A DNA stretch of 64,000 nt, from IMG/VR virus record IMGVR_UViG_3300033066_000778, positions 1 through 64,000 of that record; one strand, written 5' to 3'. Both the position numbers and the translations under genes were made by a program. Positions 8,848-18,822 of the stretch are shown piece after piece. Position 1 is the stretch's first letter, and each line of letters opens with the position of its first letter. The notes under the pieces were generated by a model that saw only the letters and a list, made by a program, of their open reading frames with translations, was not told the DNA's origin and did no database searches. The stretch is from a virus. Lineage: Duplodnaviria > Caudoviricetes.

Positions 8848-9327
8848 TCAGTGATTATCGTTGTCGATAATAAGTCTGCTTTTTGGGTTAAAGATAAAGT
8901 CTTTTAGTGTTTCATCATTAACAAAAACTTCAGCGCGGGCGCTACCAACAGACTGATGGTCGATGTAGCCAACGCCCGTACTCTCTGTGAACCAACCAAA
9001 TTCATCACGAGGGTCGTCATCACCAGCGAAAACTATGTCTTTCGCTCCTGTATGGCTTGTAAGTACCTTGAAGAGCATAAACTTATACCTAGACCGTTCT
9101 AGTTTATTCGGTATGTAAAGAATATCAAGCCAGCAATAAGATGCCTTCGTATGTGGATCGTTATACTCTTCTTGACCCCAACCGAATTCCCCTTCAGGTA
9201 TAAGGGTTATGACACCATCATCATCAGGGACAATGGTGTCATACGTAGTCTCATCTCCACTCATAATAGTAAAAGAATGAGAGGAAGACGAGTTAGTTTC
9301 GAATACTTTATGGCGAACTTGAATCAT
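8848..9327 (-). CDS. Hypothetical FETNSSSSHS-motif protein adjacent to the radical SAM gene
   Basis: N-terminal VRHKVFETNSSSSHS, GEFGWG, GYIDHQS, C-terminal IIDNDN. Confidence 0.8.
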   Translation of the reverse strand: MIQVRHKVFETNSSSSHSFTIMSGDETTYDTIVPDDDGVITLIPEGEFGWGQEEYNDPHTKASYCWLDILYIPNKLERSRYKFMLFKVLTSHTGAKDIVFAGDDDPRDEFGWFTESTGVGYIDHQSVGSARAEVFVNDETLKDFIFNPKSRLIIDNDNH

Positions 9328-10406
9328 TACTGGTTCTCCTTATAGAGCTTTACACCGAAGTCCAAGTACGGTTTAGCTTTAGGGGAATCTCCAAGTTTAA
9401 CTTCAACATACTTCTGAAAAAGCTTATCAGCTGAATCGGTTACTTCCATTGAAGTACGAACCTTGGACTTCTCTTCTTTTGGAAGTGTATGTACGAAAGC
9501 CCCTTTAAACTGTTCTTTTACCTTCTGAGCATCCTTGGAACTTCCAAACCACCGTATGAGATTGTAGTCATTTTCACTGTAGGTTGGAATACTCTTGGTT
9601 GTTTCTAATTCGTATATGTTAAACCGGGGTGAGGTGCTGTTAGAAATATGTGACCATTTCCCATCAGTGTCAACATACACGAAACCACAGTCGTAATCTC
9701 GTTCACCAAAGTTATGCTGGAGAAGGCTACCGACGTAAGTTAAACTGTTCTTTTCCCCTGGAATAGTCTGATGCAGGTGGTAATGCCCACTAAAGCTTAG
9801 GTCAAAAACAGGTAAGGCCGAAACAGATAGAGGGTGAGGCATCTTAAATTGATGACTACCAAATACAGCACCATCGACTGAATGATGGTATATAGCTACG
9901 TTTATTTTATCTGAATTGGATTCTTTCTGTAGTTTATTCGCATCGGCAATAATTGTTTCAGCCGAGATGTTGAAAGGAAAGAGCATTACGTGAAACGATT
10001 TGAGTTTAACAGTAGTGGGCTTATACACGACTGTACAGAAATCCTTAAAAGGATAAACGGAAACTAGTCCTTTAGTTCCGTACATCGCGTATAAGTCCAC
10101 CATGTCATGGTTACCGGGTATCACATAGAGAGGGATTTGTTTACTTATTTTTGCAAAGATGCGGTAAACAGCATTGAATACCGCAATCTCAATAACTTTT
10201 CTCTCGTGGAAGACATCGCCAGCTACGATGATTGCTTCAGCATCTTGTTCAACGGCAAAGTCATATGCAGCTAGTACAGCATTGATAATGTTGTACATAC
10301 GGGAGTTACACCCTGGGAACTCATCCGTAGTGGTTACTTCTTGCGCCCACTGCTTATGGTTCCCAAAGTGTAAATCCGAAATTATAACCAACCCACCTTT
10401 ATTCAA
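9327..10406 (-). CDS. sbcD: SbcD/Mre11/T4 gp47-like nuclease
   Basis: Metallophosphoesterase motifs SDLH, AGDVFH, PGNHD, YHH, SGHYH, YVGS. Confidence 0.93.
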   Translation of the reverse strand: MNKGGLVIISDLHFGNHKQWAQEVTTTDEFPGCNSRMYNIINAVLAAYDFAVEQDAEAIIVAGDVFHERKVIEIAVFNAVYRIFAKISKQIPLYVIPGNHDMVDLYAMYGTKGLVSVYPFKDFCTVVYKPTTVKLKSFHVMLFPFNISAETIIADANKLQKESNSDKINVAIYHHSVDGAVFGSHQFKMPHPLSVSALPVFDLSFSGHYHLHQTIPGEKNSLTYVGSLLQHNFGERDYDCGFVYVDTDGKWSHISNSTSPRFNIYELETTKSIPTYSENDYNLIRWFGSSKDAQKVKEQFKGAFVHTLPKEEKSKVRTSMEVTDSADKLFQKYVEVKLGDSPKAKPYLDFGVKLYKENQ

Positions 10407-11301
10407 TCTCCACTAACTCCTCTTCAGGTAGCTCATCACGTTCCTTTTTGTCAATACAAGTCATGCCTTCCTTGGTAACACGGAACGTAATCTTAGGAGC
10501 GCCTGGATCCTTTTTATTGATGTGATTCTTTTGGAGCTTGAAGATAACGTCTGCTCCGGCCCTTACCTTCTTACCGTCCTGTGTGCGCTCATACCATGCC
10601 CTACGTGACGTTTGGTACATTAGGGAGGAGAACAGGTGCATAGCTCCTCCTCCTGCCGTAGTCTGCCCAGGAGAGCCCATATTCGCGTAGGTGTAGGAGA
10701 TTAGAAGTACGCCAGCGTTATCCCTTGACATCCTTGTTAGGATCTTGCTAAGTCCTAGACGATTTGCTTTTCCCTTTCCTCCGGGCGATGAGGACTGTTC
10801 GAGCATATCAATTTCTTCATCTCGTCTAGAAAGAAGATTTCCAATTGAATCTATAATAACGAGAAGTGGAGCGGTTGGGTACTTTTCCTTGAAGTCATCC
10901 CACGTAGCAAGAAGGGCTTCAAAAAGTTCTTCTGCGACGAAAGAAGAAACCTTCATTACCTGTGAAGGGTCTACTCCCCAATCAGCAAGGTCGTTCTCAG
11001 TAGTCTTTCCTTCTGTTTCACAGTAGATGATAGCGACATCTTGCTCTTGCGCAGCTTTCATTACTTGAATAGCAAAGCTGGTCTTACCGCTATCAGAAGG
11101 ACCAGAAACTGTTACGAGTCTTCCTAGGGGAAAGCCAATGAGTCTTGTAGGTTCAGACCACCACTTACCTAGTTTGATATAGTCTTTTTCATCAAGAATT
11201 CTTAAATCCGAACCGAGACCAATCTTAGCTTGGAACTTATCAGATTTGAATTGCTTTTTAACAGACTCAACAACTGAAGCAACGTCGTACTTTTTAGCCA
11301 T
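10399..11301 (-). CDS. uvsX: RecA/UvsX recombinase
   Basis: GFPLGRLVTVSGPSDSGKT, VIIDSI, TTAGGGAM. Confidence 0.9.
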   Translation of the reverse strand: MAKKYDVASVVESVKKQFKSDKFQAKIGLGSDLRILDEKDYIKLGKWWSEPTRLIGFPLGRLVTVSGPSDSGKTSFAIQVMKAAQEQDVAIIYCETEGKTTENDLADWGVDPSQVMKVSSFVAEELFEALLATWDDFKEKYPTAPLLVIIDSIGNLLSRRDEEIDMLEQSSSPGGKGKANRLGLSKILTRMSRDNAGVLLISYTYANMGSPGQTTAGGGAMHLFSSLMYQTSRRAWYERTQDGKKVRAGADVIFKLQKNHINKKDPGAPKITFRVTKEGMTCIDKKERDELPEEELVEIE

Positions 11302-11680
11302 TAGTATGGGCTTCCTTTATCTGCTGCCTATAAAGAAGATGCGCATTCTTAAAGACATCAAGTTGAGTATTCAAGTAGTTAATGGTATTTTTCACGGTTC
11401 CAAGATTCTCTTTTGCTTCTAGGTATTCAGGAGAAGCCTCTGTAAGCATATTCTTTTCTTGAACCGTTTTTGCCATTACGCCGTTGAACACTTTAGCGAA
11501 CGTAGCCTTTTCAATAGAACTGTATTTAAGTAGTTCTGCTTCAATCATTCTACGTTCTTCGTTAATAACAGAACAGATTGCGAGGAATTTAGCGGCTTTG
11601 AAACGGCAATCATCAGAAGGACGGAAGGGCAACATTTCGTTGCCCTTCTCAATCAATTCCGATACGATGTCGGAAATCAT
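11294..11680 (-). CDS. UvsY-like recombination mediator
   Basis: Helical 128-aa protein (KTVQEK..SPEY) lying between SSB and UvsX. Confidence 0.55.
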   Translation of the reverse strand: MISDIVSELIEKGNEMLPFRPSDDCRFKAAKFLAICSVINEERRMIEAELLKYSSIEKATFAKVFNGVMAKTVQEKNMLTEASPEYLEAKENLGTVKNTINYLNTQLDVFKNAHLLYRQQIKEAHTNG

Positions 11681-11688
11681 CTTATTCC

Positions 11689-12546
11689 TTATGCTTCGTC
11701 GTCATCTAGTATTTTGCGAATGGCGGCACTCTTTTCCCTCTTTGCAGACGGAGGAGGTGTCGGTGGAGGTACGAACTCTTCTTCTTCGGTTGTATCCTCT
11801 TGGATAGCCTTGTCGATCTTAACGCCAGCGGGGGACCAGTTAAGGGCCATACCACCAGTCTTGAGGTACTGTACGTCACCGCGCATCAAGGCGGCGACTT
11901 CATCCTGATCGGGGGCTTCTGCGAACCGATAAAGGAAAGGAAGAGAAGACTGGATTTCAGCGATGTTCGGTCCAGCAGGAGTCTGGTTTGGCTTAGGAAG
12001 TACGTCGTATTCGGTTTCTCTCATGGAACCAGTACGTGTGAATGTAACATCACGTCCGGTATTGAGATCCGTGATATCGCCATAATCAGGGTTCTTAAGA
12101 ATTCCGATTACCTTGTTGAGAATGACCTTACGAGCCGGATAAATAACCACTTCACCCATCTTTGGACCTTCGCGGGGGATGAGAGCGATGTAATAACGGT
12201 AAACGGGCTTGAGCTTTTCTGCGATTGCTTTATCAGCAGCGTTTCCTGTAGCGTTGAGTTCGTTCATCCTCTTGCAAACGTGACAGTAAGCAAGATTGTT
12301 TTTGGCCTTGCCACAGATAACAGGGATCTTAGCATTGCCAGGAGAAACACTGTAGTGGAGGATTGTCTTACAGAAGAAGTCACGATCCGGGTTATTGGGA
12401 TCCATTCCAGGGAGGATACGAGCCTTTAGCGTCCCTTGGGGGAGATCGTAGTAGTTGGGTTTGTCTGCGTTGTTTCCTTTACTCGTGGTAAATTCGGAAG
12501 CATATCGGGCGAGTCTTTCGTCATAATTTGCCATTTTGTGTTCCAT
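11689..12546 (-). CDS. Single-stranded DNA-binding protein (gp32-like)
   Basis: ARILP, HY..C..CHVC Zn site, DITDLNTGRDV, acidic C-terminal tail. Confidence 0.85.
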   Translation of the reverse strand: MEHKMANYDERLARYASEFTTSKGNNADKPNYYDLPQGTLKARILPGMDPNNPDRDFFCKTILHYSVSPGNAKIPVICGKAKNNLAYCHVCKRMNELNATGNAADKAIAEKLKPVYRYYIALIPREGPKMGEVVIYPARKVILNKVIGILKNPDYGDITDLNTGRDVTFTRTGSMRETEYDVLPKPNQTPAGPNIAEIQSSLPFLYRFAEAPDQDEVAALMRGDVQYLKTGGMALNWSPAGVKIDKAIQEDTTEEEEFVPPPTPPPSAKREKSAAIRKILDDDEA

Positions 12547-12548
12547 CC

Positions 12549-15500
12549 TTATTCTTCTATTTTTACTTGGTTACCCCAAGTTGGGCCTATCGACGCCCCA
12601 CAGAGTAATCTTACTCCCGAGGCACGTATAAAGTCAAGGTCAGGATCCTCCAGTATTTTATACTTCACGGTTTCAAACACTTCGTCGAAATCTTTCTTGT
12701 AAACGGAAAGTAGAATCGAATCATGTACGGAACCACGAAGTTTCGACGGCTTAGTAGGATCGGTATGGTTCATAGTTGATAAGAAACGATGAATTTTCGT
12801 AAGGCCATAGAGAGTTAGATCTGAAGCATCTGATTGAATAACGCTATTAACTGCTTTGCGTAGTGCGGCCTCCTTTAAGCCTTCATTCCTAGACCTAGCA
12901 TCAGGTAAATGCCTGATTCTTCCGAATTTAGACTTTACATAAAGATGTTGCTGGGCGAAGGCTTTTTGTGCATTAATCCATTTCTTTAGATTTGGAAAGA
13001 ACTTGAAATACTCTTCCATGAAGTGCTCAGCTTCTTTAATAGAGCATCCGATTTGAGAAGCAATCTTTGCTGGTCCTGCTCCGTAAAGAACTCCGAAAAC
13101 ACAGTTCTTTGCGTAAGCACGTTCAAGGGGAGTAATATCTTCTGGTTTCTTATTCAGTAGCATTGAAGCCGACCAAGTATGAAAGTCGCCTGACCCTTTG
13201 GCGAAAAACTCTTTCATCTTTGGCTCTTCCGAATGGATAGCTGTTATTCGTAATTCAAGACCGCTATAATCCAAATCTAAAATAACATGAGACTTATCAT
13301 CTGCTAAAAAAAGCTTTTTAATCCTCTTCGTTTCATCTCGTGAAGGGACTTGCTGAAGGTTAGGATTAGAACAATTATGTACAATAATCTCAGAGGTACA
13401 AAAATTATGTGTATCTTCTACCTCTAAGTCATATACACGCTTAAGCCCAACAGGTATAATAGAAATTACTTTATGATTATAAGGAATTCTATATAAAAGA
13501 CATAAACGCTTTAATGATCGCGTACCTATATTGAGTATCCTTGCTGCTGTTTCTGCATCATGACCTTTTTCTAACGCCTGAATAACTACTGTTTTACTTA
13601 GATGTACCCCTATCTTATTATAGCGTCTACGAATGGCAGAGAGGTCTATTCCATGCTCCTTACACTTTTCTTTTAATGTAGCAAAGTTCATATTTACACT
13701 CGTTGCTTTACCTTTAGCTCGGGCGAGGAGGCGAAGCAACGTAAACTTTGAGAAAGCAATATAGTGTGGACTATCTTTACCTTTAAGTATTCGCCTTGGT
13801 GACGTAAGCAAATGTTCCCATTTTACTTTTCCTTCTGCTCTAGCAATGTTGCCATGAATCTTACCATGAGCGGAATTACTGAGAAGGAGTAAATTCTCTA
13901 AACGATTATCTCCTTTATTAAAATTGATATGATGTACATGTTGAGAAGGACTCCCGTTAAATAGCTTCTCTTTAATAATCTGCTCTTCCAACTTTTGGTA
14001 GCTTTTATTTGAGTAGATCCGAATACGTCCTGTGGATAATTTTGACTTATTGATGAAGGAAAGTCTATCCCCGTACTTAAGTGACTCGGCACGAATCCAT
14101 CGCCCATCAGCAAGTCGAATTTTATGGTCTGGTGTGCATGTTAGGGAATTCTTCTCAAAGTTACCAACACTTTGAAAGTTAATTTGCACACAAGGCTTTA
14201 CCCCATTATATACTTTATTTATGACTTTCTTTAAAGTCGGCAAACCTTCTTCAGAAAAAGAGTATACGTAATCACCGACACATACGTCTTTAATTGGCTT
14301 ATACCCGCCGAGTACTGAGACTAATTCGTTCTCTTCAATACATGCAAGGCGTCCCGTAGCCGTACCTTGTTCGGAGTCATCTTCTTCATTATAGAATTTG
14401 ATTAGCTTGTAGTCTGGGTGGATTCGAGACTCTTCATCAATAAACTTTCTGTAGGAATCTACGAAGGCAACCTTTTGCTTAGACGAACGCCGATGAATTA
14501 AAAGAGTCTTAACAATATCCTTGTCTTTTAAAGCATCAAGGGCGAAACGTCCAACTGATGGTTCCTGGGTTTTCTTAGAACGGAACTGCTCGCTTATAGG
14601 AAAATGAAGTTTTTCATAGAATAGTTTAGAAACGTGTGCAGCCGAAGCCATGTTAAACTCAATAGGGAGTTTGCCTCCATTAAGTTCTGTTAGCTCCTTT
14701 TCAACTTCGTCTATTTCCTTTGGAGCCATTAGTCTAAAGTCAGCAATTGCCTTCTTTACCTCTAGGTCAAGTTCAACTTCAAGGTTATCAAGTTGTTCCT
14801 TATTGATTTTAATACCCTCATGCTCAATATCGAAAAAGGCACGAGAAGCATTCATCAGCATGGTAAACAAAAAGTATAGCTGCGTATCTTTAGCGAGCTT
14901 AGCATTGAATATGTTAAATACGCGAAATGTTACATCTACGTCACAACAACCATACGTAGCCAAGCCAGAGTACGGATAGTGAAACATATCGTATTTCTTA
15001 TCCGTGTCGAGTGATTCAGTATACTTCGACTGCTCTTCTTCGTAACCACCAAGATCAGTAAACTGCCAAGCCAACTTCTTCAATCCAGAAGATGTTTCTT
15101 CGAAAAGCCCATGGGCGAGCATCGTATCAAACTTAAGATACGGCTTAATACCAAGTGTTTTATAGATCCACTTAGAGTCAAATTTGAAATTATGCCCAAT
15201 CAAAAAGTGTTCTTGGTTCTCCAATATATCCTGTAGGTAAGGAAGAATCTGTAGCCAATCATCTTGATTCCATGCAAACCCGTCAGGATTTATGTGAATA
15301 AACTTTTCGTGCGCAACCGGGAAGAACCAGCCAGACTTCTCTCCTGTACTAAACTGGATAGACACGAGCGGAAACATCCCGTCCTTACGTTCATCCTTGT
15401 AAGGGTTTAGACCTCTTGTTTCAATATCGCAACTAAATATCTTCTTTGCTTTAATCTCTTCGTACATCTCCATGAAGTCAGAGACAGTACTTATATGCCG

Positions 15501-16085
15501 GTAGTTAAGAGTATTTAGCTTTTCTTCATTCCAGCAGTTTACACCAGACTTAACAGCATCATGGGCTCGTTTAATATCCGCTAAAACCTGAAATTCTAAT
15601 TCACGATTCTCTTTAAGGATAAAGGCGGGAGATAACGTTGGGATAACTTTAAATTCATGGTCCTCGATAGTAACATTATAGAAGGAACCACGGTGTTTTA
15701 GGATGCCGGTTTTTTCAGGAAGTAAGTAACTCATTACCTCCCGCCCTACTGCTACAACAACCTTTGGTTTATACTTTAGGATCTCTTTCTTTAACCAATG
15801 ATCTGTACATGCCTTAAAAGAAGGAGTCTTAAGCTTCTTATGCTCTTCTGGAACGAAGCACTTTGCCGCATACGTAATATAGTAGTCTTCATCAACATTA
15901 AGGTTAGCCCGTTCTAGCAAAGAGACAAAAAGGCGAGCAGACTGGCTAATAAAGGGAATGTTAGCCCTTTCCTCTGCTGGTAATGGACGTTCCAAGACAA
16001 AGAACAAACCAGAGTTCGGATTTCCCTTACCGGGGATACAAACTGAGCTTACTATATTATGAAGCTCACACTTGTCACAACTCAT
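12549..16085 (-). CDS. polA: Family A DNA polymerase with N-terminal UDG-like domain, 3'-5' exonuclease and intein
   Basis: UDG4-like CDKC..GKGNP; exonuclease DIET, HNFKFD, YGCCDVD; TATGRL, NPNLQQ, DYSGLELR, AKNCVFGVLYG, VHDS. Confidence 0.95.
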   Translation of the reverse strand: MSCDKCELHNIVSSVCIPGKGNPNSGLFFVLERPLPAEERANIPFISQSARLFVSLLERANLNVDEDYYITYAAKCFVPEEHKKLKTPSFKACTDHWLKKEILKYKPKVVVAVGREVMSYLLPEKTGILKHRGSFYNVTIEDHEFKVIPTLSPAFILKENRELEFQVLADIKRAHDAVKSGVNCWNEEKLNTLNYRHISTVSDFMEMYEEIKAKKIFSCDIETRGLNPYKDERKDGMFPLVSIQFSTGEKSGWFFPVAHEKFIHINPDGFAWNQDDWLQILPYLQDILENQEHFLIGHNFKFDSKWIYKTLGIKPYLKFDTMLAHGLFEETSSGLKKLAWQFTDLGGYEEEQSKYTESLDTDKKYDMFHYPYSGLATYGCCDVDVTFRVFNIFNAKLAKDTQLYFLFTMLMNASRAFFDIEHEGIKINKEQLDNLEVELDLEVKKAIADFRLMAPKEIDEVEKELTELNGGKLPIEFNMASAAHVSKLFYEKLHFPISEQFRSKKTQEPSVGRFALDALKDKDIVKTLLIHRRSSKQKVAFVDSYRKFIDEESRIHPDYKLIKFYNEEDDSEQGTATGRLACIEENELVSVLGGYKPIKDVCVGDYVYSFSEEGLPTLKKVINKVYNGVKPCVQINFQSVGNFEKNSLTCTPDHKIRLADGRWIRAESLKYGDRLSFINKSKLSTGRIRIYSNKSYQKLEEQIIKEKLFNGSPSQHVHHINFNKGDNRLENLLLLSNSAHGKIHGNIARAEGKVKWEHLLTSPRRILKGKDSPHYIAFSKFTLLRLLARAKGKATSVNMNFATLKEKCKEHGIDLSAIRRRYNKIGVHLSKTVVIQALEKGHDAETAARILNIGTRSLKRLCLLYRIPYNHKVISIIPVGLKRVYDLEVEDTHNFCTSEIIVHNCSNPNLQQVPSRDETKRIKKLFLADDKSHVILDLDYSGLELRITAIHSEEPKMKEFFAKGSGDFHTWSASMLLNKKPEDITPLERAYAKNCVFGVLYGAGPAKIASQIGCSIKEAEHFMEEYFKFFPNLKKWINAQKAFAQQHLYVKSKFGRIRHLPDARSRNEGLKEAALRKAVNSVIQSDASDLTLYGLTKIHRFLSTMNHTDPTKPSKLRGSVHDSILLSVYKKDFDEVFETVKYKILEDPDLDFIRASGVRLLCGASIGPTWGNQVKIEE
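13374..14342 (-). mobile_element. Intein (323 aa) with HNH homing endonuclease, inside PolA
   Basis: GRLA|CIEENELV..CTPDHKI..HVHHINFNKGDNRLENL..H..VYDLEVEDTHNF..IVHN|CSNPNLQ. Confidence 0.95.
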
Positions 16086-16387
16086 TATCCCTTACTTCCC
16101 CATGCCTCAACCTGACGTTTGATTTCTTTAGCAATTTCAACATCACGTTCTTCAGCAGAGTCATTTAGACAGTCTTTGTAGATTTCAACGCAACGAGAAA
16201 GGTCAAGTTTAAATGAATCAGCTGTTTTGTCAAGCCAAAGTTGTAGTTGACATAGAGCAACAACATTATCCGTTAGAGAGCCAAACTTACCTTTTTCTTT
16301 GAAGTTATTTGCACGTTCAATAATTGCGTCGGCTAGAAAAGTTGCGGTACTCACAGGTGGAAGTGTTGGGTTACTTGTTGAGCGCAT
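16085..16387 (-). CDS. Hypothetical protein
   Basis: 100 aa, coupled between primase and polA. Confidence 0.7.
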   Translation of the reverse strand: MRSTSNPTLPPVSTATFLADAIIERANNFKEKGKFGSLTDNVVALCQLQLWLDKTADSFKLDLSRCVEIYKDCLNDSAEERDVEIAKEIKRQVEAWGSKG

Positions 16388-17336
16388 GTTTTTCCTTTAC
16401 GAAAGTTAAGTCATAAAACTGTGGGAAAGATAGTGGATTAGTCAAAATAGCTTCTAAAGCCTGTTTTGATAAAGAGTTTGGGTCTTCACCTTCCGGTAGC
16501 AAGGCAAACTTAATGTCTGGAACGTGAAAGATCAACTGGTTATAAAGAACAATTGCATCTTTTTTCGCGTCAGGGTCCAAACATATCGTAATACGCCTGG
16601 GCTTGGCCTTGATGATCTTAGCTAGCTGTGGTAGGGTCGCAGCCTTACCGAATAGGGCTACACCAGATGTTCCAACCGACAGGCAATCAAAGACACCTTC
16701 AGTAATGATTAGATGACTCGTTCTCTTTGCTTCAGGTAAATTATAAACATGTTCTTTTACTCCGTAGTTACCAGTTGCTTTTGGAGTCATTACCTTTGGG
16801 ATTCTATCTGTATATGTACGCGCCACGTAACTAACAAAGTTTCCATCTTCGTCAATTACAGGAAAGATTATACGCTCTCTTAAAGAGTACTCATCTGAAA
16901 CGCAAAGTTTGTAAAAGTAGATTTGCTCGTCAGAGATCTTACGCGCCTTCAAGTAATCAAACGCGGATGCCAAGCATAGTTTGTTTTTTGCCGTGTCATC
17001 AGACAAAAACTCAAGATTTTCGGGCATTTTAAACAAAATTTGTTTTTCCTCTTCCATAGGAATAAACAAACTTTCTTTACCCAGTTCAAAATCTTCCATG
17101 CTAAAGCTAGATGAACGACTCTTTTCATGGTACTTAGCAATTAAGTAAGCTAAACCACCTCGTTCATTACAAACGAAGCAGTTGAACATCCCTGTAGTTA
17201 AATTCAAGTACATCTTATACTTATAGTCCTCGTGAAAGATGCAGTTCAGGTTAGCCTCATGACCACCTGAAACAATCTTATGGGGAACTCTATACTTAGA
17301 AAGAAACTTTCTAACGTTGTACTTTTTATTTTGCAT
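16371..17336 (-). CDS. DNA primase (DnaG/gp61-like)
   Basis: Zn finger CIFH..CFVC, RIIFP, TOPRIM ITEGVFD and CLDPD. Confidence 0.92.
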   Translation of the reverse strand: MQNKKYNVRKFLSKYRVPHKIVSGGHEANLNCIFHEDYKYKMYLNLTTGMFNCFVCNERGGLAYLIAKYHEKSRSSSFSMEDFELGKESLFIPMEEEKQILFKMPENLEFLSDDTAKNKLCLASAFDYLKARKISDEQIYFYKLCVSDEYSLRERIIFPVIDEDGNFVSYVARTYTDRIPKVMTPKATGNYGVKEHVYNLPEAKRTSHLIITEGVFDCLSVGTSGVALFGKAATLPQLAKIIKAKPRRITICLDPDAKKDAIVLYNQLIFHVPDIKFALLPEGEDPNSLSKQALEAILTNPLSFPQFYDLTFVKEKHALNK

Positions 17337-18819
17337 AGAGAGAGTTTAGTGCAGCAGCTGAATAAGGCTGAGGAAGTCCTTCTTCATCAAAGTTAGTAAG
17401 GGAGTCTAATGAGCCGAGCTTTTCCAATCCAACAATCGGGGCGGATGGGTTAAGGTCATCCAGCTTAACGATGTTCTTTTCTTCTCCGTAAAGACGTGAA
17501 ATATCAAATCGAGTAGAAACTTGTACTACAGCGCCATCGCCGGGACCAAGTCTATTCTTTAAGAAGACTAACCGTGCTTGATTCATATCCTTTTCTTCTT
17601 GGGTACGGGCGATAGCAATACTCACATCACAAATATGAATTTTTGCCCGCGCTTCATTGACGTGGCGAACGGTAATAATTCCCGATTTCTTTTCGGCTGC
17701 GGCAGACCCCTCATCATTCATTTGACTCGCCGTCCAAGTAACAAGATTTTGCTTTTTTGAAAGAGAGCGAAGCCCCTTATATATAGATGCAAAAGCGGCC
17801 CGATCATGTTCAAAACGTCGTTCAGCACGTAGGTTGTCAGCATAGTCTACCACTAAAAGGTTTGTTAGGAAACCCTTTTTTTTTAGACGCTCTACTATAG
17901 CATTTATATCCGATACAGTAGCTTCACCGTCAGGTACTTCAACAACTTGAATGCGTTTTAATACACTGGTATACACCTTTGACTTAACTAGCTTATCTCT
18001 TACTCTAAGGGCATCCTTTTTTATCTTACTAAGTTCCATTCCAGTAATACACGCGTCAAAACGCCTTTTAATCATATCTTCGGAAAGCTCTGCTGATACA
18101 TACAAGACATTATGCCCACGTAATGCAGCGTCGTAGCTAGTGTGTATGAGTGCCATACTCTTTCCACTATTGGTGGCCGCCAAAAAGAATCCAAGGGAAC
18201 CAGGTGGGAGACCTCCTTCTTCAAGGTAAGATGCGAAGCTAGGAACAAGGAGATCAATTGTGCCGGGAGTAACAGTACTTGCCAGCCGAGTGGCTATACG
18301 CTTTTCAAGGTCTTCTAAGAGGTTAACACCTGTTGAAACTGGAGTAGCAATCGTAACAGCATCAGCAATGTCTTTGGCGAACTGTTCGATGTCAGCCGTA
18401 CCATTCATAAGAGAATCTTTATAGAGAAAGACTTTCTTTTGAACTTCAAGCTGTTGAAGGATATTTACAAGGTTCTTTTCAATGTAGGGGACATCTTCAA
18501 TGTCATCCTCTACGATTTGGATGAAGAAATCCTTTAGAACGGAAAGCTCATCCTTAGAGAGAAGGGTAAGGTCTAGGTCAAGATTCCTACCCTTTTGCCT
18601 AAAAAGCTCCTCAGCAATTACTTCCATAGTAGGAAAGCGGTCATAGTACTTTACGTACGAGAATACCGCCTGAGCAATTGTAAAAAGGAACTTATCCCCA
18701 AAGTTAAAGTGTTCTACTTTTAGAACTGGTAAGTATTTATCTCTGAAATCTACGTCATTAAAGAGCAATGACAGAATAGATTTCAGAAGAAAAGGAGAGA
18801 ATCCTCCTTGTTCTGCCAT
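17326..18819 (-). CDS. Replicative SF4 helicase (DnaB/gp41-like)
   Basis: AATNSGKS, YVSAEL, VVDYAD, WTASQ, KNRLG. Confidence 0.93.
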   Translation of the reverse strand: MAEQGGFSPFLLKSILSLLFNDVDFRDKYLPVLKVEHFNFGDKFLFTIAQAVFSYVKYYDRFPTMEVIAEELFRQKGRNLDLDLTLLSKDELSVLKDFFIQIVEDDIEDVPYIEKNLVNILQQLEVQKKVFLYKDSLMNGTADIEQFAKDIADAVTIATPVSTGVNLLEDLEKRIATRLASTVTPGTIDLLVPSFASYLEEGGLPPGSLGFFLAATNSGKSMALIHTSYDAALRGHNVLYVSAELSEDMIKRRFDACITGMELSKIKKDALRVRDKLVKSKVYTSVLKRIQVVEVPDGEATVSDINAIVERLKKKGFLTNLLVVDYADNLRAERRFEHDRAAFASIYKGLRSLSKKQNLVTWTASQMNDEGSAAAEKKSGIITVRHVNEARAKIHICDVSIAIARTQEEKDMNQARLVFLKNRLGPGDGAVVQVSTRFDISRLYGEEKNIVKLDDLNPSAPIVGLEKLGSLDSLTNFDEEGLPQPYSAAALNSLYAK

Positions 18820-18822
18820 TTA

